IMG/VR virus record: IMGVR_UViG_3300044645_002525
Location: 13,139 to 77,138 of that record
Reading direction: 5' to 3' (one strand)
From: a virus
Length of the DNA stretch: 64,000 nucleotides
Within the stretch, counting starts at the first letter, position 1; every line of letters starts with the position of its first letter. Shown here piece by piece: positions 1 through 10,068 of this stretch. The position numbers and the translations under genes were made by a program. Below the pieces are notes generated by a model that was not told the origin of the DNA, did no database searches, and worked only from the letters and a program-made list of their open reading frames with translations.

Positions 1-3000
1 CATTGCCAGTCCTAATGGCATCTTGCATCTTGGCCATCGCAGTCTTTGTTCTTTCCGCAGCTTCGGCAGCTTTGTTGCCAACATTCAAAAATGCTGTAGC
101 CACCGATCCAAGTAGTACAACGAGCAGGCCAATGCCAGTGGAAGCCAGTAATCCTTTCACTGCCACTCCAAATCCAATCGTCGCCACCTGCGCTCCAGTG
201 GCTTTTACTCCCACAAGTCCAAGCACGCCAGCCAGGATAGTAGCTCGCGCGGCAGCAATAGTGCTAATAGTTGCACCCGCTTTAACTACCGCGTTCATGG
301 TGGTCAAAGTGCCCATTGCCAGCATCGCTGCAGCGCGAGTGGCTGCGAAGGACAGGGCTAACACTCCAAGAGTGTTTACTACGCCAGTTAAATTAGTTCC
401 AAGGGTCGTAAAAATTGGCCCTAAAATGCTTCCAATTCCACTGGTGAAGTCGCTGACAGCTCTTGCAGCTTTCGTGACTTCCGTGACAAATTTTTCAATA
501 TCCTTGGCCTGGTTGGCAATCGCTGGATCCCTTGCCGCAGCATTTAGTTCACTAAGCTTTGCTCCAAGCGCTGCAATGCTTTGAGCATTTGCGTTGCTTG
601 CTTTCGCATCTTCTAATTGTTTTCTCACTCTATCTTGTTCGCCAAAAGCTACAGACGCCGCTTTACTGAGTTGGGATAAGGACGACGAAAGTGGCATCAA
701 GATGGCTTGAGCAGCAGCATTGGCCAATGGCGCAAAACTCTCAAGCGTACGAGTAAAATCACCCTGGACGGTATTTAGCAAGCCCTGTAACGACCGCCCA
801 GCAGCTTGCGCTCCGCTACCAAAGCGATTCATCAATTCATCGCTTACTTTTGCAAATGTATCTCTAAACTTGCTGCCAACAAATTCTCCATCTTCCATTG
901 CCTTACTGAATTCTTTTACTGACATTCCAGCCGCATCAGCAAAAAGCGCTAACGCGCCGGGTAGCACATCGCCCAACTGTCCCTTAAGCTCTTCACTCAT
1001 AATCTGACCTTTGCTTGCCATTTGCCCGAAGGCGTAAATGACGCGATCGGCTTTGTCCGGCGTCAGTTGCAAAGCGGCAGTGGCAGCGCTAATGCCAGTA
1101 AAAAGTTTTTCAATGGAGCCAGAATCAAAGTCTGCAGGCGCCATAGAGGCATAAAGCCTGGTAAAACCAGTGCGTGTAGTTTCAAGATTCAAACCAAATG
1201 CCCGCTGTACATTGTCAACATATAAAAGCTCTTTCGCGAAAGTGCCAGTATCTTGCGTGGCGGTTTGAAGGGCGTTGTTATATTGTTGCTGACTTTTTGC
1301 CGCATTAAGAATTTGCCCTGGCAGGCTCTGAACAAAAGCGAGCCCCTTATAGGCGGTGCCAAACAACAAGACTTGCTTAACAGCAAAACCAAACTCGCTC
1401 GCGATTTCTTTCAATCCGCCGACTAGAGGAATCTGAGATGCGCGAAACTGTTTCATTGATTGACTTGCCACATCTAATCCAGTCTTGAATTTTTCCATTT
1501 GGCTGCCAGCGCCAATAAACGTAGCTTCGCCTTGTCGCCCGCCAAGCATGCTCTCTCCTGGAAAGCCGCCAGGAGGGACATAGCCACCGCCTTGTCTGCT
1601 GGTAGATGTTACTGCGTTGAAACGCATTTGATTACGAGGAGTTGTCCCCCCAGCAGGCGGAAGCATCAATGGTGTAGGCGGAATAACTTCACCGGTGCGA
1701 ACTGCGTTAAAACGCATTTGACCCATAGGCGTAGTCCCGCCTGCAGAAGGCAGCATTAGAGGCGCTTGTCCTGTGGCGGCGCCAGGAAGCATTGGTCGTC
1801 CTTGCACGCCAAGATCCACCACGGAAAACGCGCTTCTCATCCTTTGCGAAATCTGCCCTTGAATTTTTGCGATGTGCAAATCAACTGCAGACTCCACTTG
1901 TCTCAACGCAGCATCGAACAAGTCCATCACTTGTGTTTCAACGCCAAACAAATAGCGTTCTGCAGCTTTTGCAAAGCGTTCGCGCATAGCAGGAATAAAT
2001 CCTGTCTCCATGGAAACAATGGCGCCAGGCCCCTCTTGTCCCCTCCCTCGAGTTTGAGAAACCAATGATTGAATTAAAGCTTCAAGACCAGTGGTAAGTC
2101 CGCCTTGCGTTGTTACGCTTGGCAGTAACCCTGCAGGAGCCTGCGCAGCTCCAATCAGTCCAGCGGCAGCACGACCAGCAGGAAGAGTTCTGCCAGTAGA
2201 AGATGGTCCAATGGGAATGCCCTGGCTAGGCGGTACAGTCGCCGGAAAATTAATACCGGGTAGGGCTCTTGACTGTGCAACTTGTTTGTTGATTACATCC
2301 GCACTCATGCCTCCCATCATGAGCGCCATACGAGCGAGACGGTCTAACATCCGTCGCATTTGATTGGTGGCAGACTTCTCTGCTAGTTGCATTGCTTTCA
2401 GCAGGCCAAGTTCAAAGCCTTTGCCCGCATCGTCGCCAATATCAAACATCTCTCTCGAAGGAGAGGCTATCTTCAGGGTCTTTTTCAAGCCGCCAAGTAG
2501 TGCGCCGCCGTATTCACCTGCAGCCTTGAACAAAGCGCCCTTTTTGTTTTCAAGCGCGGCAATAAAGCCAGCGCTTGCGTCTTCTGCTGCCTTGCTTAAG
2601 GCTTGCACCATTTTTGCTTTGTTATTAATGATTCCTTCATCAAACGCCAGTAGCGCATCTTTGCCAGCGGCCCCATAAATATTTTGAAGGGTTGCCTTAT
2701 CTAAGTCTTTTAGCTCCTGCAAGAAAGTACGAGAAGGTCCAGCAGTGGCGCCTTGCGCGGTAGTAGTAGCCGTGTCAAGCTCAGCTCTAATCTTTACAGT
2801 GATGTCCTTGAATTTTTCACCGACGGCAGTTTTAAATGCCGTCACATCTGCCTTTAAGATTGACGGCGTTGTGCTAATTTTTGCTCGTAGTGGATCTTTT
2901 TGGTTTAAATTTTTCTGCAGAGCTTTTAGCGGATCCGCGATGCCGGGTAATGCAAGCTTTGTGGCGATGGGAACGCCGCCCGCTGCATAGCTCTTCTTCA

Positions 3001-3427
3001 CCTGGTCGTCGACTTTCTTCGCTACGCCACGAATGAAGTCGTCAACATTTACGGGGTCGGCAAGTTGTGTTTTAACTTCAACGGAAGTAAGCTTGTCTTT
3101 GATACTCTTCCGAGTCTCGTCGATATTGCTTGTTACATTAACCGCCAAGTCAATCTTTTCATTCCCTAAGGCAATGAGATTCTTCTTAAATGTGCTTACT
3201 TTATCAACGAGAGTATCAAGAGTATTGCTCTCAATTTTTACCTTAAAAGTTTTGCGACTAAGGTAAGTATCGAGAAGCCGATACTGATCTGCAATGCTCT
3301 TCTTGTTGAACTGAATATTAAGCTGTAGCGACTGCCCGCCAAGCTGAGCGCCAATCGTGCTTAATTGCTGTCTAAAGAACGCTAGGTCAAGACTTACCTT
3401 CAGCTTCAATTCGGCGTCTTGAGCCAT
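1..3427 (-). CDS. Tail tape measure protein (runs off the left edge)
   Basis: Read manually from ATG at 3427 (MAQDAELKLKVSLDLAFFRQQL...). Ala-rich helical sequence with tape-measure motif KGQIMSEELKGQLGDVLPGALALFADAAGMSVKEFSKAMEDG. Absent from the ORF track because no stop lies in the window. Confidence 0.9.
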   Translation of the reverse strand, partial: MAQDAELKLKVSLDLAFFRQQLSTIGAQLGGQSLQLNIQFNKKSIADQYRLLDTYLSRKTFKVKIESNTLDTLVDKVSTFKKNLIALGNEKIDLAVNVTSNIDETRKSIKDKLTSVEVKTQLADPVNVDDFIRGVAKKVDDQVKKSYAAGGVPIATKLALPGIADPLKALQKNLNQKDPLRAKISTTPSILKADVTAFKTAVGEKFKDITVKIRAELDTATTTAQGATAGPSRTFLQELKDLDKATLQNIYGAAGKDALLAFDEGIINNKAKMVQALSKAAEDASAGFIAALENKKGALFKAAGEYGGALLGGLKKTLKIASPSREMFDIGDDAGKGFELGLLKAMQLAEKSATNQMRRMLDRLARMALMMGGMSADVINKQVAQSRALPGINFPATVPPSQGIPIGPSSTGRTLPAGRAAAGLIGAAQAPAGLLPSVTTQGGLTTGLEALIQSLVSQTRGRGQEGPGAIVSMETGFIPAMRERFAKAAERYLFGVETQVMDLFDAALRQVESAVDLHIAKIQGQISQRMRSAFSVVDLGVQGRPMLPGAATGQAPLMLPSAGGTTPMGQMRFNAVRTGEVIPPTPLMLPPAGGTTPRNQMRFNAVTSTSRQGGGYVPPGGFPGESMLGGRQGEATFIGAGSQMEKFKTGLDVASQSMKQFRASQIPLVGGLKEIASEFGFAVKQVLLFGTAYKGLAFVQSLPGQILNAAKSQQQYNNALQTATQDTGTFAKELLYVDNVQRAFGLNLETTRTGFTRLYASMAPADFDSGSIEKLFTGISAATAALQLTPDKADRVIYAFGQMASKGQIMSEELKGQLGDVLPGALALFADAAGMSVKEFSKAMEDGEFVGSKFRDTFAKVSDELMNRFGSGAQAAGRSLQGLLNTVQGDFTRTLESFAPLANAAAQAILMPLSSSLSQLSKAASVAFGEQDRVRKQLEDAKASNANAQSIAALGAKLSELNAAARDPAIANQAKDIEKFVTEVTKAARAVSDFTSGIGSILGPIFTTLGTNLTGVVNTLGVLALSFAATRAAAMLAMGTLTTMNAVVKAGATISTIAAARATILAGVLGLVGVKATGAQVATIGFGVAVKGLLASTGIGLLVVLLGSVATAFLNVGNKAAEAAERTKTAMAKMQDAIRTGN

Positions 3428-3461
3428 TTGCCTATATGCCTACGTTCTCTTCATTCTATAA

Positions 3462-3935
3462 TCATTGTTCCTGATTGCGCCCAGCAAAAGCCTTTAGCTC
3501 ATCAGCAAGTAACGCAATCACTCTTCCGTCCATCCTCCTCGTTTTCATCAAACGCTGAAGCACAATCAAACTGGCGTCTGTCACGCCATCTTCCTTCTTG
3601 AGCTGCTTCGTGTCGAACGGCAAGAAATCTTCAGGCTTCACCTTACTCTTCTTGCCCGCCATCATTCCTGCTGCCATAGTACCAAGCTTGGCTACGGCAA
3701 CACTACTGACGTTGTATTTTGCAACGTCATGCCTATCTAAATATTTCAGGGCACGTTTAACGTCATCGAGCCTCTGGAGGCCAAAATTATTGGCACTCCA
3801 TCGCTCGTCTTTAAAGTCAGAAGCTGAGAGCCTGAAATAGATTTCGTTCCAATCCGTCAGGCTCTTAAGCTGCTTTCTTGCTTGCGCTTCAAGCTTTTCT
3901 GCTACTGAGGACCATTCCTCTTCGTCGCTTTTTTT
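3462..3935 (-). CDS. Tail assembly chaperone, frameshift (gpGT-like) C-terminal part
   Basis: Open -1 frame starting at A-AAA-AAA (3929-3935) and continuous to the stop at 3462; lies just before the tape measure gene. Confidence 0.8.
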   Translation of the reverse strand, partial: KKSDEEEWSSVAEKLEAQARKQLKSLTDWNEIYFRLSASDFKDERWSANNFGLQRLDDVKRALKYLDRHDVAKYNVSSVAVAKLGTMAAGMMAGKKSKVKPEDFLPFDTKQLKKEDGVTDASLIVLQRLMKTRRMDGRVIALLADELKAFAGRNQEQ

Positions 3936-4435
3936 GCTTCTACGGCCTCCTGTGTCTCAGCATTCTGCTCTTCAGCAATAAATTCCACTACTTTCGCAAT
4001 GGCTTTGCGCGGCAGGTTTTTGGTGTCTTCAATTTCCCAATCACCAAGATCCTGCCATTCGTTATCAATGAAACCCTGCCCGCGAGAACGAATAAAAGCA
4101 GTGACCATACGAGCATTGGTGGCCTCCACCGACGAGCCGCTCGTGATCATACTCAGAGTCTCTTCAGTGAACTCAGAAAGCAGTTCAGCTTCAGTGATGG
4201 AACCACCGCCTTGCAGGAGCGCGAAAGCCTCATCAAGAGGAATTTCCCGCGATGCAGCAATACGCTTGGCAAGCTGAACGGCACGAATGGTAGCCTGGCT
4301 TTGCAGCTTGCTGATTTCCTCCTGTTCAATGGATTCGGCGACCAGCCAACTGCCATATTTCTTCAGGCGAATTTCAGGCAGCAGCTCAAAATAACCTTCA
4401 GTTTTGGTCTGAACCAGAAAGCTGTATTTGCTCAT
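3902..4435 (-). CDS. Tail assembly chaperone (gpG-like)
   Basis: Position between tail tube and tape measure genes; ends just after a slippery heptamer. Confidence 0.75.
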   Translation of the reverse strand: MSKYSFLVQTKTEGYFELLPEIRLKKYGSWLVAESIEQEEISKLQSQATIRAVQLAKRIAASREIPLDEAFALLQGGGSITEAELLSEFTEETLSMITSGSSVEATNARMVTAFIRSRGQGFIDNEWQDLGDWEIEDTKNLPRKAIAKVVEFIAEEQNAETQEAVEAKKATKRNGPQ

Positions 4436-4661
4436 GATCAAGAATGTTAAGCAATGCGTTGAACACCTTCACTCGCTCATGAGAAGAGCGAAATTCTGGT
4501 GGCACTTCAACCAACATTGAATGATTGTCGTTGCTAATTCTAATGGTGGTTTCTCGGCAAGAAACAAGGCAAAGGATACCAACTTCCAAGGCGGCGCCAT
4601 CAACTAAGCAATTAATGGCATGAACAGTGTTGTCTGCGCTCCATAAATAGTCAATCTTCAT
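4398..4661 (-). CDS. Hypothetical protein in tail module
   Basis: ORF overlapping its neighbours in the operon. Confidence 0.6.
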   Translation of the reverse strand: MKIDYLWSADNTVHAINCLVDGAALEVGILCLVSCRETTIRISNDNHSMLVEVPPEFRSSHERVKVFNALLNILDHEQIQLSGSDQN

Positions 4662-5119
4662 TTGCCCATTGCCGTGCGAATGCGGGCCAGAAGTTGTCGT
4701 TTTACCATGCTTTGTTCAAATCGGCTTGGAATGGCAATGTCTTGAGTCCACGGTCTTGCGTATGGCACGCTTGTTCCTCTTAGCGCATCATGAACATAAC
4801 GAGCATAAGGCTGACCACTGCTATTCGTAGCATCCCAGTTCCAGCTTGCTTCAGCGTTAGATGGTGACAGGGAGATGTCAAAGCTGTCCCTTCCGCTCTT
4901 GTAAAGCTCTCCTAAATCGTAAATGTCGCGCTGACCAGCAGGGATGAGCGTCCCGTTCTTTCTTTTGGTGTCCCTGCCATAGTCCCACTTCTCATCAAGA
5001 AACTCGTCTCGGAAATGATCATTCACATCAAAGCGAGTCCAAGTTTCAAAAGCCTTGGCAAGCTTATTGACAATATCTTCAGGATTGACGAGGTTGCCGC
5101 CAGTGATAATCGCTGCCAT
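4658..5119 (-). CDS. Putative tail completion/neck protein (HK97 gp10-like)
   Basis: RDIYDLGELYKS and YARYVHD...ARPW motifs; position in module. Confidence 0.6.
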   Translation of the reverse strand: MAAIITGGNLVNPEDIVNKLAKAFETWTRFDVNDHFRDEFLDEKWDYGRDTKRKNGTLIPAGQRDIYDLGELYKSGRDSFDISLSPSNAEASWNWDATNSSGQPYARYVHDALRGTSVPYARPWTQDIAIPSRFEQSMVKRQLLARIRTAMGK

Positions 5120-5529
5120 TAGATTGCTGGATACAACTGCTTGACGATGCGATCAGGAACAATAAACTTGCATTGCTCATAAGCAATGTCATCGCCAGGA
5201 AAGTACGATGGCGTGGAGTCAGGAAACCGTCTAACCATTCTTTCCATCGCATCACTCAATGTGGTACTGTTAGGCGTGAACTGCGCAAGCCTCACTTCCC
5301 ACAGTTGATTCACTTGCACCATGCCTACCATTGCGCGAGGGAGCCTATCTGGGAACTCTCGCATGGTCACTTCTAATCCTTTCACCTTCCATTCCTTTGG
5401 CACGCTTTGCCTTCCCACTACATACACGGCAGGAATCGTTGAGTTATTAGGCAGCGTATAAGTGCCAATCAAGTTGGGCGACGCAGAAAGAAGCGTAGTA
5501 ATCGTATCGCGAAGCTGAGAAATGTTCAT
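5119..5529 (-). CDS. Putative tail terminator protein
   Basis: Size (~136 aa) and position next to the tail tube gene; start taken at MNISQLR. Confidence 0.5.
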   Translation of the reverse strand: MNISQLRDTITTLLSASPNLIGTYTLPNNSTIPAVYVVGRQSVPKEWKVKGLEVTMREFPDRLPRAMVGMVQVNQLWEVRLAQFTPNSTTLSDAMERMVRRFPDSTPSYFPGDDIAYEQCKFIVPDRIVKQLYPAI

Positions 5530-5531
5530 TA

Positions 5532-5560
5532 AAAAGCCTGCCCCCATAGGAGACAGGCTA
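5532..5560 (-). terminator. Intrinsic terminator downstream of tail tube gene
   Basis: AGCCTG...CAGGCT stem followed by a T run on the minus strand. Confidence 0.5.
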
Positions 5561-5580
5561 GCGAAGATTCAATGAAAGAA

Positions 5581-6159
5581 TCAGGAATTAGGAGCAGTCG
5601 GGATGATGCTGCCAGTTTCCGAAGCATTCTGGTGGATACCAATGCGACCACGGCTGGTCAGATCGAAAGTCACTTCCACGAGGTTGTCAGCAGGATAGCT
5701 CTCGTTGTAGTTCATCACGCAAGCAACAAATGCCACGCGATCGTAATAGTAAGTGTTGCCCGAAGCGCCAAGCTGCTTGTTGATTTCCACATACACTTCG
5801 TGGTTCTTGTCGTAACGGCTAGCGCTTACCACTTGGAAAGCTTCATCAAAGCTGTTCGGCAGGAACACGGTACCATCAACATCCTTCTGGAAGTAGGAAG
5901 TGATAGAAGCAGTTGCTTGGCTGGTAGTAATCACGCTATCAGCGAAACCGCCGCCACCCAGCAGGTAGAATTCCTGGTTGCCATCGTTGAAGGCAACAGA
6001 AGCAGTGGTGGCTGCTTGCAGAGTGTAGAGAGTCGGAGCGCCGCTAACAGTGAAAGTAGCGCCGCTTTGAGTGATGATGGGACGAGAAGTGCCGCCAATG
6101 GAGCCAACGCGGACAATCACGTCCTGGCTCTTCACTAGCTCAGTGGGATGGTAGAGCAT
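5581..6159 (-). CDS. Major tail tube protein
   Basis: 192 aa, beta-rich, C-terminal YPADNLVEVTFDLTSRG pattern typical of tube proteins; position. Confidence 0.75.
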   Translation of the reverse strand: MLYHPTELVKSQDVIVRVGSIGGTSRPIITQSGATFTVSGAPTLYTLQAATTASVAFNDGNQEFYLLGGGGFADSVITTSQATASITSYFQKDVDGTVFLPNSFDEAFQVVSASRYDKNHEVYVEINKQLGASGNTYYYDRVAFVACVMNYNESYPADNLVEVTFDLTSRGRIGIHQNASETGSIIPTAPNS

Positions 6160-6186
6160 GAGAAATTCCTCAATGGAAGAAGAGAA

Positions 6187-6576
6187 TTAAGCGTTGTCCA
6201 CGCTTCCTTTGCCAATCAGTCTAAAAATTCCCCTGACTGGCGTGCCTAAGAACTGCCAATAGTGAATAGCAATTTGTTCATTCGGCAACAGTTCAAACCT
6301 TCCCTCCCTTCCGTTGATTGTGGCTTGAGCAGAATCGCCCACAGTAACGCCAGACAAAGTAAGAGGGCTGGTCATTCTGCCTTCCATATAGACGGCAGTC
6401 ATGTCAGCCCCAAGTAGTTGGTCGTAACGTGGATTGTTTTTCTGCTTCAACGTGGCGTAGAAAGTAACGCCCGTTGCCACTGGCACGTAATTACCAGTTT
6501 CATTGTCAAGCGCATAGCCCGAAGCCACACTAAACACCAAAGTGGCATTTGCAAGTGGCTCCAGGAAATTGCTCAC
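6187..6576 (-). CDS. Putative head closure protein
   Basis: Position after the adaptor gene; 129 aa beta-rich. Confidence 0.5.
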   Translation of the reverse strand: MSNFLEPLANATLVFSVASGYALDNETGNYVPVATGVTFYATLKQKNNPRYDQLLGADMTAVYMEGRMTSPLTLSGVTVGDSAQATINGREGRFELLPNEQIAIHYWQFLGTPVRGIFRLIGKGSVDNA

Positions 6577-6884
6577 ACGACAAACCCAACAGAAGAAAGA
6601 GGAAGATTGTTGGTCATTCGTTTAAACTCCTGACCGTATTGAGTGGCATCAAGCCCCTCGCCATATACTTTGCCGTCAGTGGCACCAATTTGAATGCCCA
6701 TTTGAGCAAGTTGAATGGCAATGATATGAGCAGCAAGGAACTTTACAGCCCTATCAGTTTGATCCCCGAACACATCGCTAGAAGCATCGTAAGCAGCTTC
6801 TGAAATGGCGCCATTGACGATGCCAGATGGATGTGGGCTGAATTCAGGAAAGCGCTCAAGAAAGCTTGCATAGGTGACTGCCAT
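6573..6884 (-). CDS. Head-tail adaptor (DUF4054-like)
   Basis: FLERFPEFS...LAAH...TQYGQEF motifs. Confidence 0.8.
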   Translation of the reverse strand: MAVTYASFLERFPEFSPHPSGIVNGAISEAAYDASSDVFGDQTDRAVKFLAAHIIAIQLAQMGIQIGATDGKVYGEGLDATQYGQEFKRMTNNLPLSSVGFVV

Positions 6885-6886
6885 AA

Positions 6887-7273
6887 TCAGGCCTTCCCAA
6901 TGCGAATAGCTTCAACGCGCTTTGCAATGGCATTCCTCACGCGGACGCGCCCTTCAATTTTCTTCCAATCGCCCAGACGATCTGGATCATGGATGAGTTC
7001 AATGGCACGAATGGCTTGCGTGAGGGGAAGTTCGCTAAGGCTTTGAACATTTTCAGGCAGGTCTTCTACCATCACTTGTTCTTTCATTTCTTCAATGGCG
7101 CCAATGGCAAGAAGCTTCTTGACCGTACCATTTTCCTTCGCTTCCTTCCATTTCTCATCAGGAATTTCCTGATTAAGACCAGGCGTCAGTTGAATGAGCC
7201 CGCTCTTGGTAATAATGCCAAACCCTGCATCACGAGGGGGATTTTCAAGTTCGGGACGATAAGCAATCAGCAT
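6887..7273 (-). CDS. Hypothetical protein downstream of major capsid gene
   Basis: Operonic ORF with helical C-terminus. Confidence 0.65.
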   Translation of the reverse strand: MLIAYRPELENPPRDAGFGIITKSGLIQLTPGLNQEIPDEKWKEAKENGTVKKLLAIGAIEEMKEQVMVEDLPENVQSLSELPLTQAIRAIELIHDPDRLGDWKKIEGRVRVRNAIAKRVEAIRIGKA

Positions 7274-7329
7274 TGTTCAAGAGAAACAATTGCTAATAGC
7301 TTAACGCCCCTCTTCTTGATTAACTATCC

Positions 7330-8238
7330 TCAGGCAGAGGCCTGCACGTAGATCATGCTCTTGGGATAGTACAGAGCAACGCCACCGACGCGGGCATGAG
7401 CAGGAACGATGAATTCCAGACCACGCTGCTGAGGCGGGAACAGCTCAAGAGGTTGAGGAATGTGCAGTTGCACTTTCTCAGGATCGCGCTTGTACACAAC
7501 CATACGGTCAGTATTCAGCACGCTGTTGTCGGCTTCCAACTGGTTGATGGGCTCAACGTTACGGATGTAGGGGTTGGTACGCAGGAAATATTCCAGCACA
7601 GTCACGTCCGAAGAATCGGAGTTGCGAGTGGTGCTGATTTTGTTGTAATCCGCGTAGGACAGCAGAATGGTATCGGGCTGTTCCTTCATCTTGGAGCCGT
7701 TGATAATGGCAGTCACGCCATAGTTCAGCAGCTCAAGCATTTCCTGGGCAGTGGTGCCAGTAGTGGTGAACCACTTATCGGCAGCAACCACGTCCACGGT
7801 GGAGTTGTTGAAGAAACCAGCGAGGCCCACAGAGCTTTCACCGAAGAAAGCAAGGCTTTCCACTTTCTCTTCATAGGCACGACGCACAGCAGCAGCACGA
7901 CGCTGCTCTAGGGCGATATTGGCCATTTGAGCAGCACGCAGTTCCTGCACGGTATAGCCAAAGCTGCCACCGAAGGAACGAATGTTGATGCTCTTCTCCA
8001 CTTGGCTGATGTCAGCACGGGGCAGATCATCAGCAGCGTCCGCAATCAGACGGAACTCACCAGTGGAGTCCATGATGCGATAGGTGAAGGTCTGGGCGCC
8101 AGGACCAGCTTCAGCAGTGACGGGCAGAACAGTGGGATATTTAATATCCGCATACTGCACTTCAAAAACTTGGGGGCGAATGTACTCAAGCTGACGCTCA
8201 AGGAACAGCCCCGCATCATCCATACGGAATTCAGACAT
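7330..8238 (-). CDS. Major capsid protein (DUF2184 / HK97 fold)
   Basis: FLERQLEYI, YTVQELRAAQ, AFFGE, GGVALYYP motifs; start at MSEFRMD with upstream GGAGG-like RBS (AGGAGG). Confidence 0.9.
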   Translation of the reverse strand: MSEFRMDDAGLFLERQLEYIRPQVFEVQYADIKYPTVLPVTAEAGPGAQTFTYRIMDSTGEFRLIADAADDLPRADISQVEKSINIRSFGGSFGYTVQELRAAQMANIALEQRRAAAVRRAYEEKVESLAFFGESSVGLAGFFNNSTVDVVAADKWFTTTGTTAQEMLELLNYGVTAIINGSKMKEQPDTILLSYADYNKISTTRNSDSSDVTVLEYFLRTNPYIRNVEPINQLEADNSVLNTDRMVVYKRDPEKVQLHIPQPLELFPPQQRGLEFIVPAHARVGGVALYYPKSMIYVQASA

Positions 8239-8254
8239 TGTTAAGAGCCTCCTA

Positions 8255-8815
8255 TCAAGAATCAGCAGAGAGGGTGAAGCTCGGACCATTCAGCTCCAGA
8301 ACAGCGAGGCCGCTGCCAGTGGTGGAGGTGAGGAAACGAGCGTTAGCGAGGCGCACAGTTTTGCCCGATGCAAAAGCATGGGAGAACTGACCAGCCTTGC
8401 CAGTGCCACTAGCGGAATACAGCACACGCACGGGCGATGCGGGAGTAACAGCGCCGGTCACGTAGACGGCCACTGCACCTTCGTTAGCCACGTTCATGGC
8501 TTGCTTATCCTTCACACCAGGACGGCTGTTGCTGTCGAGGGCGGTTTCATCAACGTAGGTGAGGACGTTGACGCCCAGCACAGTGTCAGAAGCGCCAGAA
8601 ATGGTAGTGGCGGAATTGGCGATGGTACCAGCAGTGTTGTACACAGCCAGATTGCCGAAGGGAACAACAGCGCCAGTCTCGTTGACGTAGGTGCCGATGG
8701 TGTTGTCGCGGATGTCAGACAGTTGACCTTCCAGCAGTGCAGCATGCGCGAGGCTGTAAGCCTGTTGCACGCCACCAGCGGAGGCGGTGCCCGAAGCAGA
8801 GAAAGTTACGGCCAT
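8255..8815 (-). CDS. Capsid decoration/cement protein
   Basis: Small A/G/T/V-rich protein (VPFG, GAVAV) between protease and capsid genes. Confidence 0.7.
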   Translation of the reverse strand: MAVTFSASGTASAGGVQQAYSLAHAALLEGQLSDIRDNTIGTYVNETGAVVPFGNLAVYNTAGTIANSATTISGASDTVLGVNVLTYVDETALDSNSRPGVKDKQAMNVANEGAVAVYVTGAVTPASPVRVLYSASGTGKAGQFSHAFASGKTVRLANARFLTSTTGSGLAVLELNGPSFTLSADS

Positions 8816-8817
8816 AA

Positions 8818-10011
8818 TTACTTAGCCTCCTTGGAGATGGAAAGGGGCTTCTTCCAAGCATTCTGCAGCATGTCCATGTAGGACGAAGGAGCAGAAACGG
8901 GAGAAGCAATGGAAGCTACGGCTTTGCGCAGCTCATCAGTGGTGGCAGAATCTTTGCGACCCTCAGCGAGAGTGTCAAACATTGCTTGCACGTAGTCGTC
9001 GCTCTTCTCAGAAAGATCAAGCTCGTCACCACGCACTGCCTTGATGGAATCAACCATCACTTCGCGGGCAGTTTTGCCAGCGAAAGCATAAGCTGCATCA
9101 AGAACAGGCTTAGCCTTCTCGATGAGAGCAACACGCTCTTCCACCATGGAATCAAGATTGATTTCCTTGGCAGCAGCGAGTTCAGCGGAAAGCTCTTCCA
9201 CTTGTTCAGCCAGAGCATCAGCGCGACCCTCAGCGGAATCACACTTGCCCTTCATTTCTTTTTCCATGGCGTCCATTTCGGACTTAAGCTTTTCAGCTTG
9301 TGCCATGGCATCTTCATATTGACGCTTCATATCGGCGTAGCTACCTTTCGCGTCTTCACGCTCGGCAGCGATAGCAGCAGCAAGAGCTGCATCAGCCTCA
9401 TACGAAACGCCGTCAAACGCAATGTTGGCGGTCATTTTTACTCCTGTAGAGGATAGAAGGTCTTCGACAGCGGCATCCGCTGAATCAAGCATGAGACGCA
9501 CTTGCGCCCCACCTCTAGCCCTGTTGACAATAGCAACGTGATTGCCACGAATGTTCCGCTGAATGCCATCGTAATGTTGGCCATCAGAAGTAATTCCTGG
9601 TTCGGGGCTATAGTCCACCCTGTAGCCGCACGATACTTCACGCACGTCTCCGCGCATGATTGAGTCGATTGTCTCTTTGTCCGTGACAGTCAGAGTGCTT
9701 TCAACAAAGCCATCGGAGTAGGAGACGTCCGCGCTGGTAAAACCAACTGCGTAGTCTTTTGTGTTCAATGCGTCAAGAAGCACCGGAGGATGCTCTTTTG
9801 TGACACATTTTTCCCGAAAACTATCTAGCGCCTCAATGGCGGCTACTTCCTCTTCGGGCCTGTACTCCAAGCGGACGCCTCCGTTCGCATCCGTATAAGA
9901 CTGAATACCAGTGCGTGCTATCCGCGCTTTGACACGCAAATAGCCCTCATCCGTGAACGTGTAGTTCTGGATGGTGGAAACGTCGTAGCGGAAGCCGTTT
10001 AAGGTGTCCAT
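8818..10011 (-). CDS. Prohead protease/scaffold (DUF2213)
   Basis: EGYLRV.ARIARTGIQ.Y, T.EHP, EVSCGY, NHVAIV.RARGG motifs; coiled-coil C-terminal half. Confidence 0.9.
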   Translation of the reverse strand: MDTLNGFRYDVSTIQNYTFTDEGYLRVKARIARTGIQSYTDANGGVRLEYRPEEEVAAIEALDSFREKCVTKEHPPVLLDALNTKDYAVGFTSADVSYSDGFVESTLTVTDKETIDSIMRGDVREVSCGYRVDYSPEPGITSDGQHYDGIQRNIRGNHVAIVNRARGGAQVRLMLDSADAAVEDLLSSTGVKMTANIAFDGVSYEADAALAAAIAAEREDAKGSYADMKRQYEDAMAQAEKLKSEMDAMEKEMKGKCDSAEGRADALAEQVEELSAELAAAKEINLDSMVEERVALIEKAKPVLDAAYAFAGKTAREVMVDSIKAVRGDELDLSEKSDDYVQAMFDTLAEGRKDSATTDELRKAVASIASPVSAPSSYMDMLQNAWKKPLSISKEAK

Positions 10012-10068
10012 ATATTAACTTTACCAACAAACATCGTTTATGATTTGTACAGTTATTCAGGACTGACT

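Noticed and set aside
3-3266. Many plus-strand ORFs over the first 3.3 kb
   Set aside because: Antisense shadows of the minus-strand tape measure gene.
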